This document shows positions 1 through 7,764 of a DNA stretch of 64,000 nt, one piece after another. Position numbers and translations under genes: made by a program. The DNA lies in assembly GCA_964372755.1 (NCBI GenBank), contig CAYJQX010000004.1, positions 10,766 to 74,765 of the forward strand, read 5' to 3'. Numbering within the stretch: the first letter of the stretch is position 1; each line of letters begins with the position of its first letter. Source of the DNA: an uncultured Candidatus Saccharibacteria bacterium. Its GTDB lineage: Bacteria > Patescibacteriota > Minisyncoccia > UBA9983. Below the pieces are notes generated by a model. It ran no database searches, was not told the DNA's origin, and worked only from the letters and a program-made list of their open reading frames with translations.

Positions 1-710
1 ATGATGGTAAAAAATTATCTGTCGTTGTTTTAGGGAGGGATCCTTTGCAGGATATTGCCGTCCTCAAGGTTCAAGACAAGAATGCTCCAAAATCCTTTCC
101 TTTTATTCCTTTGGGAGATTCTAAAGATGTAAATGTTGGCCAAACGGTTATCGCTGTTGGGAACGCTTTGGGGGAATTTAGAAACACGGTGTCCGTGGGA
201 ATTGTTTCAGGTTTAAACAGGGATATTATTGCTCAAGGTTCTCCCTATGGGCCGGAGGATCTTGAGGACCTTATTCAGACCGACGCCGCGATCAACCCGG
301 GAAATTCAGGCGGACCTTTGGTCAACTTAAGCGGTGTGGTTATTGGAGTGAATACAGCGGTTGCTCAAGGGGGGCAAAATATCGGTTTTGCCCTGCCGAT
401 AAACTTGGCAAAGAAAGGAATAGAGGAAGTCAAAAACTTTGGGAAAATTCGTTATCCTTATATCGGTATAAGATACAAACAAACGGAAAAAGGGCTTTTA
501 GTTTCTCCGGGGAGTGAAGGCGAGCCGGCGGTGGAGCTTGGCAGTCCGGCAAGCAAGGCTGGAATACAGGAAGGAGATGTTATTTTGATGACAAGAGGCG
601 AACTCCTTGAGCTTTTAAATAGCAAGAAGGTGGGTGACACTATAGACTTGAAAATATTAAGAAAAAATGGTACAATTAGCGTGCAAGTGATTCTTGGGGA
701 GAGGGGATAA
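1..710 (+). CDS. htrA: Trypsin-like serine protease of the HtrA/DegP family (S1C) with a C-terminal PDZ domain. It is 5'-partial: the frame is open from window position 3, and the track start at 45 is an internal TTG.
   Basis: GNSGGPLVN catalytic-Ser motif and DIAVLKV Asp motif are present. A PDZ-like C-terminus follows (ASKAGIQEGDVIL). The frame upstream of 45 stays open to the window edge and encodes DGKKLSVVVLGRDPLQ, which is consistent with the protease domain. Confidence 0.85.
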   Translation, partial: DGKKLSVVVLGRDPLQDIAVLKVQDKNAPKSFPFIPLGDSKDVNVGQTVIAVGNALGEFRNTVSVGIVSGLNRDIIAQGSPYGPEDLEDLIQTDAAINPGNSGGPLVNLSGVVIGVNTAVAQGGQNIGFALPINLAKKGIEEVKNFGKIRYPYIGIRYKQTEKGLLVSPGSEGEPAVELGSPASKAGIQEGDVILMTRGELLELLNSKKVGDTIDLKILRKNGTISVQVILGERG

Positions 711-790
711 AAAACTCGTTTTTTTTGTTTCCCCATATAGGATGCTTCTTAATAGAACCTATTTAAATTTTTGATAAAAAAAGAAAGATT

Positions 791-3472
791 ATGAATCCAT
801 TTTCAAATTTTACCGTTAAAGCTCAGGAGGCCCTGCGCAAGGCGCATGAGTTGGCTATTGAGAGAGGACAAAACCAAATAGACCCGATGCATCTTCTAGC
901 TGCTCTTACCCTGCAGGACGATAGTCTGGTCCTCTCTATCTTAGAAAGACTAGAGATAGATGTTAATTTCCTCGCAGACTCTATTTTGGAAAATTTAGCT
1001 GAAGGAGAGTCGGCTACTTTGGCTTCGCCTGGTTTCCAAATTTATCTTTCCCCAGAACTTGGACGAATCTTGGAGTCCTCGCAGAAAATCGCTCAGTTTT
1101 TGAAGGATGATTATGTTTCTACCGAACATCTTTTTATGGCGCTTCTGGATGTTGCTTCTCCTGCCAAAGACTTGCTGGAACGTTTCAAGGTGGACAAGGA
1201 AAAGGTGATGAGAGTCTTGAAAGAATTTCGCGACGTGCGTTCTGCTGAAATAAAAGAGCCCAAAAAACTTCGCCTGATAGAAAAATATACTCGCAATCTT
1301 ACGGATTTGGCGAGAAGCGATAAACTTGATCCGATTATTGGGAGAGAAGAGGAAATTCGCAGGGTTATGCAGATTCTTTCTCGCCGAACAAAAAACAATC
1401 CGATTTTGATCGGTGAGGCGGGAGTGGGAAAAACGGCCATTGCCGAAGGCCTGGCTCTTCGCATTGGCAAGGGCGATGCCCCAGAATCTCTCAAAGAAAA
1501 AGAAATAGTTTCTCTTGATTTGGGACTTTTAGTTGCGGGAACAAAGTATCGCGGGGAATTTGAAGAGCGCCTAAAAGGCATAATGAAAGAGGTAGAGAGA
1601 GCGCAAGGTAAAATAATTTTGTTTGTGGATGAGATTCATACGATTGTGGGCGCCGGAGCGGCCGAGGGAGCTATTGATGCTTCCAATATGTTGAAGCCCG
1701 CTTTGGCCCGAGGAGAACTTAGAATGATAGGGGCTACCACCTTGAAAGAATATCAAAAGCATATAGAAAAAGATCCGGCTCTCACTCGCAGATTTCAACC
1801 AGTTTATGTGGAAGAGCCTTCGCAGGAAGATGCCATCGCTATTCTTCGCGGGTTAAAAGAAAAATACGAACTTTTCCATGGAGTGAAAATTACCGATGAA
1901 GCCATTCGAGCCTCCGTGCACCTTTCGAGGCGTTATATTACCGACAGATTTTTGCCGGACAAAGCGGTAGACTTGATTGATGAAGCCGCTTCGGCTTTGC
2001 GTTTGCAATTAGATAGCATGCCCGAGGAGCTTGAGAGAGTCCATCGGGAAATCATGAAGTTAGAAATTGAAAAAGAATCTTTGAAAAAAGATAAAGGTGA
2101 AGGTAAGAGGGTGAAAGAAATTGAAAAAGAAATCAGCAACTTAAAGGAAAAAACTTCTGGTTTGGAGATAAAATGGAAAAACGAAAAAGGTTCTCTTGCC
2201 AGCATCAATACTATGAAAAGAGAGATAGAAGCTTTGCGTTTTGAAGCTGAAAACGCCGAGCGTATGGCCGATTTTTCTCGAGTGGCGGAAATTAGATACG
2301 GCCAGCTGTCTTTCCTTGAAAAACAGGTTCAAGCGGAAGAGAAAAAACTTAAACGCCTTCAGTCATCGAGGCAAATTCTTAAGGAAGTGATTAACGAGGA
2401 AGATGTTGCCAGTGTCGTTTCCAAATGGACGGGTATTCCCGTTGTCAAAATGCTCCAAGAAGAAGCTCAAAAATTAATGTCTATGGAGACGGAGTTGAAG
2501 AAAAGAATTGTGGGTCAAGATGAAGCTATTTCTAAAATTTCAAACGCAGTCCGTAGATCTCGAGCAGGCGTGGGGGATGAAGACAGGCCAATCGGCTCCT
2601 TTATGTTTCTGGGGCCAACCGGAGTTGGAAAAACTTATTTGGCTCAAAGTTTGGCAGAGTTTATGTTTGCGAGCGAGAAAGCTTTGGTAAGGATTGACAT
2701 GTCCGAGTACATGGAAAAACACACAGTCTCCAAATTTATCGGCGCGCCGGCCGGCTATGTCGGCTATGAAGAAGGAGGCCAGCTTACGGAAATTATTCGT
2801 CACAGGCCGTATTCGGTGGTACTTTTTGACGAAATAGAAAAGGCTCACCCGGAGGTTTTCAACATTATGTTGCAAATTTTAGACAATGGCCATTTAACAG
2901 ACTCCAAAGGAAGAAAAGTGAATTTTAAAAACACTATTCTTATTATGACTTCAAATATCGGCTCGGAACATATCCGCCGGATGTCTTCAGTTGGTTTTCT
3001 GACGAACAATAGTTCCGAAGAAGCGCGTAGGGAAGGAGATTTGAAGGAAAAAATAAGGGAAGCATTAGAATCTAATTTTCGTCCGGAGTTTTTGAATCGT
3101 CTGGATGAGATTGTTATTTTCAACAGCCTAGCGCAAGAAAATGTCCAGGAAATAGCTAAACTTCAAATCGAGAAAACAAAGAAAAGATTACTGGATAAAG
3201 AAATAACACTTATTATTTCCCCGATTGCCTTGGAACAACTTGCTAAACAAGGATATGACCAGAATTATGGAGCTAGACCAATGAAGAGGTTTATTCAATC
3301 AAAAATTTTAAATCCCGTAGCGGAAGCCTTGATTTCTGGCAAAGCCATCTCTGGAGACTCGGTTTTTGTGGATTTCAAAGACGGGCAATTTGTTGTGGAG
3401 ACTCAAAAGAAGAAAAAAATTTCTAATACCAAAATTTCTCAAAAAACTCAAAAGGAAAAAATCCTCTCCTAA
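791..3472 (+). CDS. clpB: ATP-dependent chaperone ClpB (Clp N-domain, two AAA+ modules, coiled-coil middle domain)
   Basis: The protein is 893 aa. Walker [16 protein letters not shown] sits in NBD1 and LGPTGVGKT in NBD2. A long coiled-coil M-domain lies between them, and the C-terminus is Clp-like. Confidence 0.95.
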   Translation: MNPFSNFTVKAQEALRKAHELAIERGQNQIDPMHLLAALTLQDDSLVLSILERLEIDVNFLADSILENLAEGESATLASPGFQIYLSPELGRILESSQKIAQFLKDDYVSTEHLFMALLDVASPAKDLLERFKVDKEKVMRVLKEFRDVRSAEIKEPKKLRLIEKYTRNLTDLARSDKLDPIIGREEEIRRVMQILSRRTKNNPILIGEAGVGKTAIAEGLALRIGKGDAPESLKEKEIVSLDLGLLVAGTKYRGEFEERLKGIMKEVERAQGKIILFVDEIHTIVGAGAAEGAIDASNMLKPALARGELRMIGATTLKEYQKHIEKDPALTRRFQPVYVEEPSQEDAIAILRGLKEKYELFHGVKITDEAIRASVHLSRRYITDRFLPDKAVDLIDEAASALRLQLDSMPEELERVHREIMKLEIEKESLKKDKGEGKRVKEIEKEISNLKEKTSGLEIKWKNEKGSLASINTMKREIEALRFEAENAERMADFSRVAEIRYGQLSFLEKQVQAEEKKLKRLQSSRQILKEVINEEDVASVVSKWTGIPVVKMLQEEAQKLMSMETELKKRIVGQDEAISKISNAVRRSRAGVGDEDRPIGSFMFLGPTGVGKTYLAQSLAEFMFASEKALVRIDMSEYMEKHTVSKFIGAPAGYVGYEEGGQLTEIIRHRPYSVVLFDEIEKAHPEVFNIMLQILDNGHLTDSKGRKVNFKNTILIMTSNIGSEHIRRMSSVGFLTNNSSEEARREGDLKEKIREALESNFRPEFLNRLDEIVIFNSLAQENVQEIAKLQIEKTKKRLLDKEITLIISPIALEQLAKQGYDQNYGARPMKRFIQSKILNPVAEALISGKAISGDSVFVDFKDGQFVVETQKKKKISNTKISQKTQKEKILS

Positions 3473-3588
3473 TCTTTCCATATGAGGATGTCGGACGGAG
3501 GCATAGGACGATATTAAGTTTTGACTCAGAGGAGTATCTTTAGTACTCTGATTTTGGGGTATATTGATTAATGTGGTTTAGAATTATT

Positions 3589-3672
3589 GCAGGGATGGTG
3601 GAGTGGTCAATCACAACAGACTGTAAATCTGTCGGCCTACGGCCTACGCAGGTTCAAATCCTGCTCCCTGCA
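3589..3672 (+). tRNA. tRNA-Tyr (anticodon GTA), with a long variable arm
   Basis: The 7-bp acceptor gcaggga/tccctgc and the anticodon loop ctGTAaa are hand-folded. There is a long variable arm (tcggcctacggcctacgc) and a T-loop ggttcaaatcc. Confidence 0.85.
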
Positions 3673-3719
3673 TTGAAATAAAAAGGAGATTCTCACAGCA
3701 CCTATGTTTTTAAAAAGGC

Positions 3720-3747
3720 TTGCTTCCTAGCTTCTTTTGTGTATAAT
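3720..3747 (+). promoter_or_regulatory. Putative sigma70-type promoter for rpmG (TTGCTT-16-TATAAT)
   Basis: TTGCTT at 3720-3725 and TATAAT at 3742-3747 are separated by a 16-nt spacer. The element ends 11 nt upstream of the rpmG ATG. Confidence 0.4.
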
Positions 3748-3757
3748 TTGGCTTGTT

Positions 3758-3916
3758 ATGTCACAAGACTTTCTAATCAAACTTCAGTGCGCTACCTGCA
3801 AACGGGTGAACTATTGGAGCCGTAAAAACAAGAAAAAAGTGGAGCGCAAAATTGAGCTCAAGAAGTTCTGTCGTTGGTGCAAAAAACAGACTATACACAA
3901 GGAGGGAAAGAAATAG
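3758..3916 (+). CDS. rpmG: 50S ribosomal protein L33 (52 aa). It is absent from the ORF track because it is shorter than 60 aa.
   Basis: The translation is MSQDFLIKLQCATCKRVNYWSRKNKKKVERKIELKKFCRWCKKQTIHKEGKK. It has the C-x2-C...C-x2-C zinc-ribbon pattern and the KHTxHKE tail typical of L33. The tRNA-Tyr / rpmG / tRNA-Trp order is a classical conserved arrangement. Confidence 0.85.
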   Translation: MSQDFLIKLQCATCKRVNYWSRKNKKKVERKIELKKFCRWCKKQTIHKEGKK

Positions 3917-4010
3917 GTTTCGAAAAAGAAGGGTTTCTGAAAATTTAGAAAAATCGTCAACATTATGGCGATTTTTTGATTTTTGGCTATAATAAAAGAG
4001 GCTAAAATAT

Positions 4011-4081
4011 GGGGGTTTAGTTAAGTGGTACCCGCCCGACTGAATGATCTCTAAGGCTTTAGTCGTTCGGGCGGGTAACGG
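4011..4081 (+). other. tRNA-like 5' fragment (pseudo-tRNA-Trp leader) interrupted by a GC-rich hairpin. It is not a foldable tRNA.
   Basis: gggggtttagttaagtggta (4011-4030) resembles the 5' acceptor/D region of the downstream tRNA-Trp (gggggtgtaggcttaacggtaa). An 8-bp stem cccgcccg/cgggcggg (4031-4038 and 4068-4075) follows. Then taacgg resumes the D-loop. No 3' acceptor partner exists. A TATAAT lies at 3988-3993. Confidence 0.4.
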
Positions 4082-4128
4082 CGGTCTCCGAACTTAGAAA
4101 TGAGTGAGTGATAGTTTTTAAAAAAAAT

Positions 4129-4203
4129 GGGGGTGTAGGCTTAACGGTAAACTGCCTCTCTCCAAAAGAGGATTTTCAGGTTCGAGTCCTGGCACCCCCG
4201 CCA
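4129..4203 (+). tRNA. tRNA-Trp (anticodon CCA), with the 3' CCA encoded
   Basis: The acceptor gggggtg/caccccc is 7 bp. The anticodon stem is cctct/agagg with loop ctCCAaa. The T-arm is tcagg-ttcgagt-cctgg. The sequence ends in a discriminator g plus CCA. Confidence 0.8.
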
Positions 4204-4329
4204 TTTTTTCTTAGATAGGAAAGAGGGAGAAATAAGTAGATAAACATCCCAAAGACCTCTATCTTTTTTTAGGATATAATTAATGAAACTAGGTCGAAAC
4301 AAAAAATTATCAAAATAATAAAATAAAAA

Positions 4330-4722
4330 ATGTCAGGAAAATTTTTGCGAAATTGGCTTATCGTTTCGGCACTGTGGTTTGTGATGGCTCTTTTGTGGCA
4401 CGCTGTTTTATTCGGCGCGCAATATGGAGAGCAATTAAAAAATATTGGCAGATATGTTGGAGACACCCCAACCCCTCTAATGGCTTACTTTATCATTGCT
4501 TGGATAATGGTGGGTTTTGCTTTTGTTATGTACTTGCCGGGCACGGTTAAAGGCAAATATGTTTCCGGCGGAGCGGTTATGGGTTTGGTTGTCGTGGGAA
4601 CATTTGCCGTATTAAGCCACGCCCTATTTTCTGGTTGGAGCCTTTGGCTCATGGAAATGGATCTTATTTTTGGCCTTGTCGGCGGAGCTGTCGCTGGATG
4701 GGTTACAAAAAAAATAGTATAA
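4330..4722 (+). CDS. Hypothetical small integral membrane protein with about 4 predicted TM helices
   Basis: The 130-aa protein is hydrophobic with several TM-like segments. It is not SecE-like: it lacks the SecE C-terminal motif and no nusG follows it. Confidence 0.5.
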   Translation: MSGKFLRNWLIVSALWFVMALLWHAVLFGAQYGEQLKNIGRYVGDTPTPLMAYFIIAWIMVGFAFVMYLPGTVKGKYVSGGAVMGLVVVGTFAVLSHALFSGWSLWLMEMDLIFGLVGGAVAGWVTKKIV

Positions 4723-4766
4723 CGAATCCTTTAAGATTTTAGAGGTTATTAAAAAATAAAAACTCC

Positions 4767-5726
4767 TTAGGAAATCCTAGGGGTTTTTATTTTTTCAAAG
4801 ATTTTCTCCACCTCCGTTTTATTTTGCGGATTAATCCACCAGATGTTCTTATTTCTCTTAAACCATGTCATTTGCCTTTTGGCGTAGGCAAAAATTTCTT
4901 TTTCCAAAAGGGCGGTCATTTCTTTCTTTGTTATTTTCTTTTGAAGGTATCTGGCGACATATCGGCACTCAAGTCCTAATTCCTCGCATCTTTTCCAAGT
5001 AATTTTTCTTGATAATCGCAGATTTTTTATCTCATCAATCATCCCCGTTTTTATCCGATGAAGAAGCCTTACATGAATTTTTTTCTTAAGAGTTTCTATC
5101 TCCGGTTTTAATCCGATAAATAAAACATTTTTCTTGCTTGAGGGATTTTTTGGAAGAGAAGGGGACTCCCCGATAGCTTTGGCGATTTCAATGGCTCTTA
5201 TAAGTCTTCTCGGGTTGTTCTCATCTATATTTTTTGCCCTTCTTGGATCTATTCTCTGAAGTTCTTTGAAAAGTTCTTGAGAAGATTTCTTTGTTAGGTT
5301 TTTTCGAAGTGTCCAGTTTGGTGGAACATTTGGAATAAAAGTTTTCCCCAAGATAGCGTCAAGATAAAGCCCTGTGCCGCCACAGACAATGGGTATATTG
5401 CCTCTTGAGGTGATTTCATTTAGCGCTTTTTCTCCATCTTTTTGAAAATCAGAGACAGAATATATTTTTTTCGGGGCCACAAAATCTATCAAGTGGTGGC
5501 GGACCCCTTTGTATAAAAATTGTTTTTTTTGAGAGTGGTTAGACCATTTCCCCTCTATTTTTCCACTAGTCAAATTCAAACCCTTGTATACTTGTCTTGA
5601 ATCAGCGGAAATTATTTCGCCTTTTTTCCCGAAAGGGAGACTTTTGGCGATTTTTATCGCCAGTTCGCTCTTGCCTGACGCTGTAGGGCCTAAAATAACG
5701 ATTATTTTGGTTTTTAGCACAACCAA
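4767..5726 (-). CDS. miaA: tRNA dimethylallyltransferase MiaA
   Basis: The P-loop IVILGPTASGKSELAIKIAK is present and MiaA-like architecture is found throughout. The track start is a TTG; a GTG two codons downstream is also possible. Confidence 0.9.
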   Translation of the reverse strand: MVVLKTKIIVILGPTASGKSELAIKIAKSLPFGKKGEIISADSRQVYKGLNLTSGKIEGKWSNHSQKKQFLYKGVRHHLIDFVAPKKIYSVSDFQKDGEKALNEITSRGNIPIVCGGTGLYLDAILGKTFIPNVPPNWTLRKNLTKKSSQELFKELQRIDPRRAKNIDENNPRRLIRAIEIAKAIGESPSLPKNPSSKKNVLFIGLKPEIETLKKKIHVRLLHRIKTGMIDEIKNLRLSRKITWKRCEELGLECRYVARYLQKKITKKEMTALLEKEIFAYAKRQMTWFKRNKNIWWINPQNKTEVEKIFEKIKTPRIS

Positions 5727-5758
5727 AGATTAGCTCATTTCGACTGACTTGAAAACCC

Positions 5759-5786
5759 TTGACAAATTATAGAATAGGTGTATAAT
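5759..5786 (+). promoter_or_regulatory. Near-consensus sigma70 promoter (TTGACA-16-TATAAT) driving a noncoding region
   Basis: TTGACA at 5759-5764 and TATAAT at 5781-5786 are separated by a 16-nt spacer. No protein gene lies downstream on this strand before the convergent PurD-like gene. Confidence 0.6.
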
Positions 5787-5792
5787 GCTAGC

Positions 5793-6237
5793 CAGATGAT
5801 TTAAATGCCTTTTTTCCAGCGGGAATCCGACTACGGATTCCCAGAAAGGAGGAAAAAATTTGAAAGTTTCTTTTTAAGCGCCACCGGCTAATGGGCGCAA
5901 TGACATAAATGAGCCGGAGTCGCAACCTTACGGGATCGGCAAGGTAGGTAGCTTGCACTCGTAAGGGATGTGGCTGAAGATTTTCAGGATAAAGTCCGAA
6001 ACGGGAGTGGCTTGATCGGCGCGACGGAGTTTCTCTCCATTTGCCATCGACACTCTACTTTATTCTGAAAATCTTCTTAAAAAATTTATAAATATTTTTT
6101 TGACCCCCGACGAAAGTCGCGGAGCCACGAGATCCACGTATTTATTCAGGATGGACTGCGCCAGAAGCGCGGCACTGGATAAATGGATACTCAAAGCTTC
6201 TCGATGATATAAAGTAGTCGGGGGTTTTGTTTTTTTA
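5793..6237 (+). ncRNA. Candidate structured noncoding RNA of unassigned family, about 440 nt, running from the promoter to a GC-stem plus U-run terminator
   Basis: There is no ORF above 28 aa on this strand. Structural elements are listed in order. A perfect 9-bp hairpin gggaatccg-actac-cggattccc sits at 5821-5843. A strong SD plus a 5-codon uORF follows (aaaggagg N7 TTG AAA GTT TCT TTT TAA). Nested helices ccttacg...cgtaagg and gcaag...cttgc are present. A GAAA-tetraloop hairpin cgac-gaaa-gtcg sits at 6108-6119. A long-range stem cccccgac/gtcggggg is followed by ttttgttttttt. Confidence 0.35.
6104..6237 (+). terminator. Putative Rho-independent terminator on the + strand (8-bp GC stem closing a large structured insert, then a U-run). 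It abuts the stop codon of the convergent gene.
   Basis: cccccgac at 6104-6111 pairs with gtcggggg at 6217-6224. The U-run ttttgttttttt follows at 6225-6236. On the minus strand the stem is not followed by a U-run. Confidence 0.45.
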
Positions 6238-7596
6238 ATAAGTCTGGAGATACCCCCAAGTGTGGAGCCTATCGCTATCATATGACCACTTGGCGCCAAT
6301 ATCGGTGCGATAGAGCATGTTTGGGATGACAATATTTTTGACTTTGGCGTAAACGCTTTTGCGGGCGTCCTCCACCGTGGTGCCGGTGTCGGCTACAACC
6401 ATCAAAACTCCCGATTGGCCGGCGATGCGCATAGTGCCATTATCGTACCAGACATCTTCTATGTGGATGCCTTCGTAGTCGGGATCATGTTTTTTAAAAA
6501 CAATAGCCAAATCTTTATAAACCTGAATAAGATCGCTGTTGCCTCCCGATTTGGCGAAATATGATGGCACCAAAATACGCACGCCTATCTGGAAGCCTTT
6601 TTTTGTTTTGAGCTCAAAATTTTCCCCTGAAGCCAGTTTGTAGAGCCATTCGCCGGCAGGCATGGAAATACCTTCTTGCTGTATTTGGATAGTCGGATAA
6701 CCGAAACGGGATGTCCATTCAAGAGGATAAATGCCTTTGCCGTTTACGATGCAGTTGATGTCTATATAGCCCACATATCCGGATTCGCGAAGAGCCGGAA
6801 GAGCTTTTTCTAAGGTGGCCTTAAAAATATTATTGGGTCTGCTCCAATACATCAGAGTGCCCATCTCGCCTGTCATCGGGCCGATTTCACCGGCAAAAAT
6901 TCTTTTGTGTTCGAAGTTGATGTTTATAGGGTAGATAAAATCATAGCCGTTGAAAAAAGCGCCGACGCCGATTTCCACGCCCGAGATAAATTTTTGAAGA
7001 ATAAATTTGGAAACCTTTTTTTCCCAGACATTTTTGTTTTGTTCAAAGAGCTCAATCATCTCCTTGCCGTCCTCGTCTTCACCGATAAAGAAAAGACCGC
7101 TTCCGCCCGGAGGGGTGAGACCGCTTGGTTTAAAAACATAACGGCCCGGATTGTCGCGGATAAAATTTATGGCTTCATTGTAGCTTTCGAAATTTTGATA
7201 GGGCAGAACATTGACCCCCAGTTTTTTTAACTCTGATTGGCCAAAATCTCTGTCGGCCTCCAAGCGATCGGTATAGACGCTTCCACCCACGACCTTCTTG
7301 CCTTTTTTTCGGAGCTTGTCGGCGATCTCGCCGAATTCAATATCGTCAAAAACAATCACATCGGCCCAATCCGCGTGTGATTCCCAATTGTCCACTTTTT
7401 GCACGAAGCCGTTATACACATCGGCATCGTCTTTGTTTTTTATATAAACTTTAACTTCGTTTCCTTCTTTTGCCACATGCCATGCCAAATCCCCACTTAA
7501 CGATTCCCACGAGACGAAAAGGAATTTTTTTGGCGCAGAAGGGCTTTTTCCGCCGTTGCCGTTTTCCTCCAGAGAAGCGCCGTTGCCGTTTGCCAT
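6235..7596 (-). CDS. PurD-family ATP-grasp protein (phosphoribosylamine--glycine ligase-like) with a divergent N-terminal motif and a low-complexity N-terminal tail
   Basis: The protein aligns by eye with E. coli PurD. EHKRIFAGEIGPMTGEMG corresponds to DHKRVGDKDTGPNTGGMG. IDINCIVNGKGIYPLEWTSRFGYP corresponds to [22 protein letters not shown]. The conserved N-terminal SGGREH is replaced by WESLSGD. The first 25 aa (MANGNGASLEENGNGGKSPSAPKK) are low-complexity. Confidence 0.7.
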   Translation of the reverse strand: MANGNGASLEENGNGGKSPSAPKKFLFVSWESLSGDLAWHVAKEGNEVKVYIKNKDDADVYNGFVQKVDNWESHADWADVIVFDDIEFGEIADKLRKKGKKVVGGSVYTDRLEADRDFGQSELKKLGVNVLPYQNFESYNEAINFIRDNPGRYVFKPSGLTPPGGSGLFFIGEDEDGKEMIELFEQNKNVWEKKVSKFILQKFISGVEIGVGAFFNGYDFIYPININFEHKRIFAGEIGPMTGEMGTLMYWSRPNNIFKATLEKALPALRESGYVGYIDINCIVNGKGIYPLEWTSRFGYPTIQIQQEGISMPAGEWLYKLASGENFELKTKKGFQIGVRILVPSYFAKSGGNSDLIQVYKDLAIVFKKHDPDYEGIHIEDVWYDNGTMRIAGQSGVLMVVADTGTTVEDARKSVYAKVKNIVIPNMLYRTDIGAKWSYDSDRLHTWGYLQTY

Positions 7597-7764
7597 TTTT
7601 GGTTTTTTTTGATTTAAGTTATTCGTTAAAACGAGAATAAGTTTATCTGACTAGAAAAAAACTTCCCGTAATTTTTATCATATTAGAGAAGGATAGAATG
7701 TCTAGGTGTGGATATGATTAGGGGACCAAATTCCAAATGAATCAAGAGATGGAATGCCAAGAGT

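Noticed and set aside
711-790. CIRCE (HrcA) or CtsR operator upstream of clpB
   Set aside because: No TTAGCACTC-N9-GAGTGCTAA or GGTCAAA tandem repeat is present in the 80-nt gap.
4330-4722. SecE assignment for the membrane protein after tRNA-Trp (expected from the rpmG-trpT-secE-nusG synteny)
   Set aside because: There is no SecE-like C-terminal amphipathic helix plus TM signature. The protein has four hydrophobic segments, and no nusG follows it.
5826-5835. Decamer ccgactacgg shared between the ncRNA hairpin loop (5826-5835) and a palindromic region at 56076-56085
   Set aside because: A single 10-mer coincidence. There is too little evidence for a shared motif.
5965-6010. Hammerhead-like CUGAAGA...GAAAC core in the candidate ncRNA (ggctgaagattttcaggataaagtccgaaacggg)
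   Set aside because: CUGANGA and GAAA boxes are present. However, the intervening sequence cannot form a stem II helix, and there are no convincing stems I and III.
5793-6237. RNase P RNA or tmRNA identity for the noncoding region
   Set aside because: RNase P: there is an AAAGUCCG box, but about 190 nt precede it (P1-P3 need about 60). No P4 3' strand (ACAGAAnCCGGCUUA) lies 250-300 nt downstream, and no GGUAAGAGCGCACC region is present. tmRNA: there are no tRNA-like GGGG...UUCGA...CCA termini. The only in-frame peptide ends ...GSLHS, unlike tag peptides. I left it as an unassigned ncRNA rather than forcing a family.
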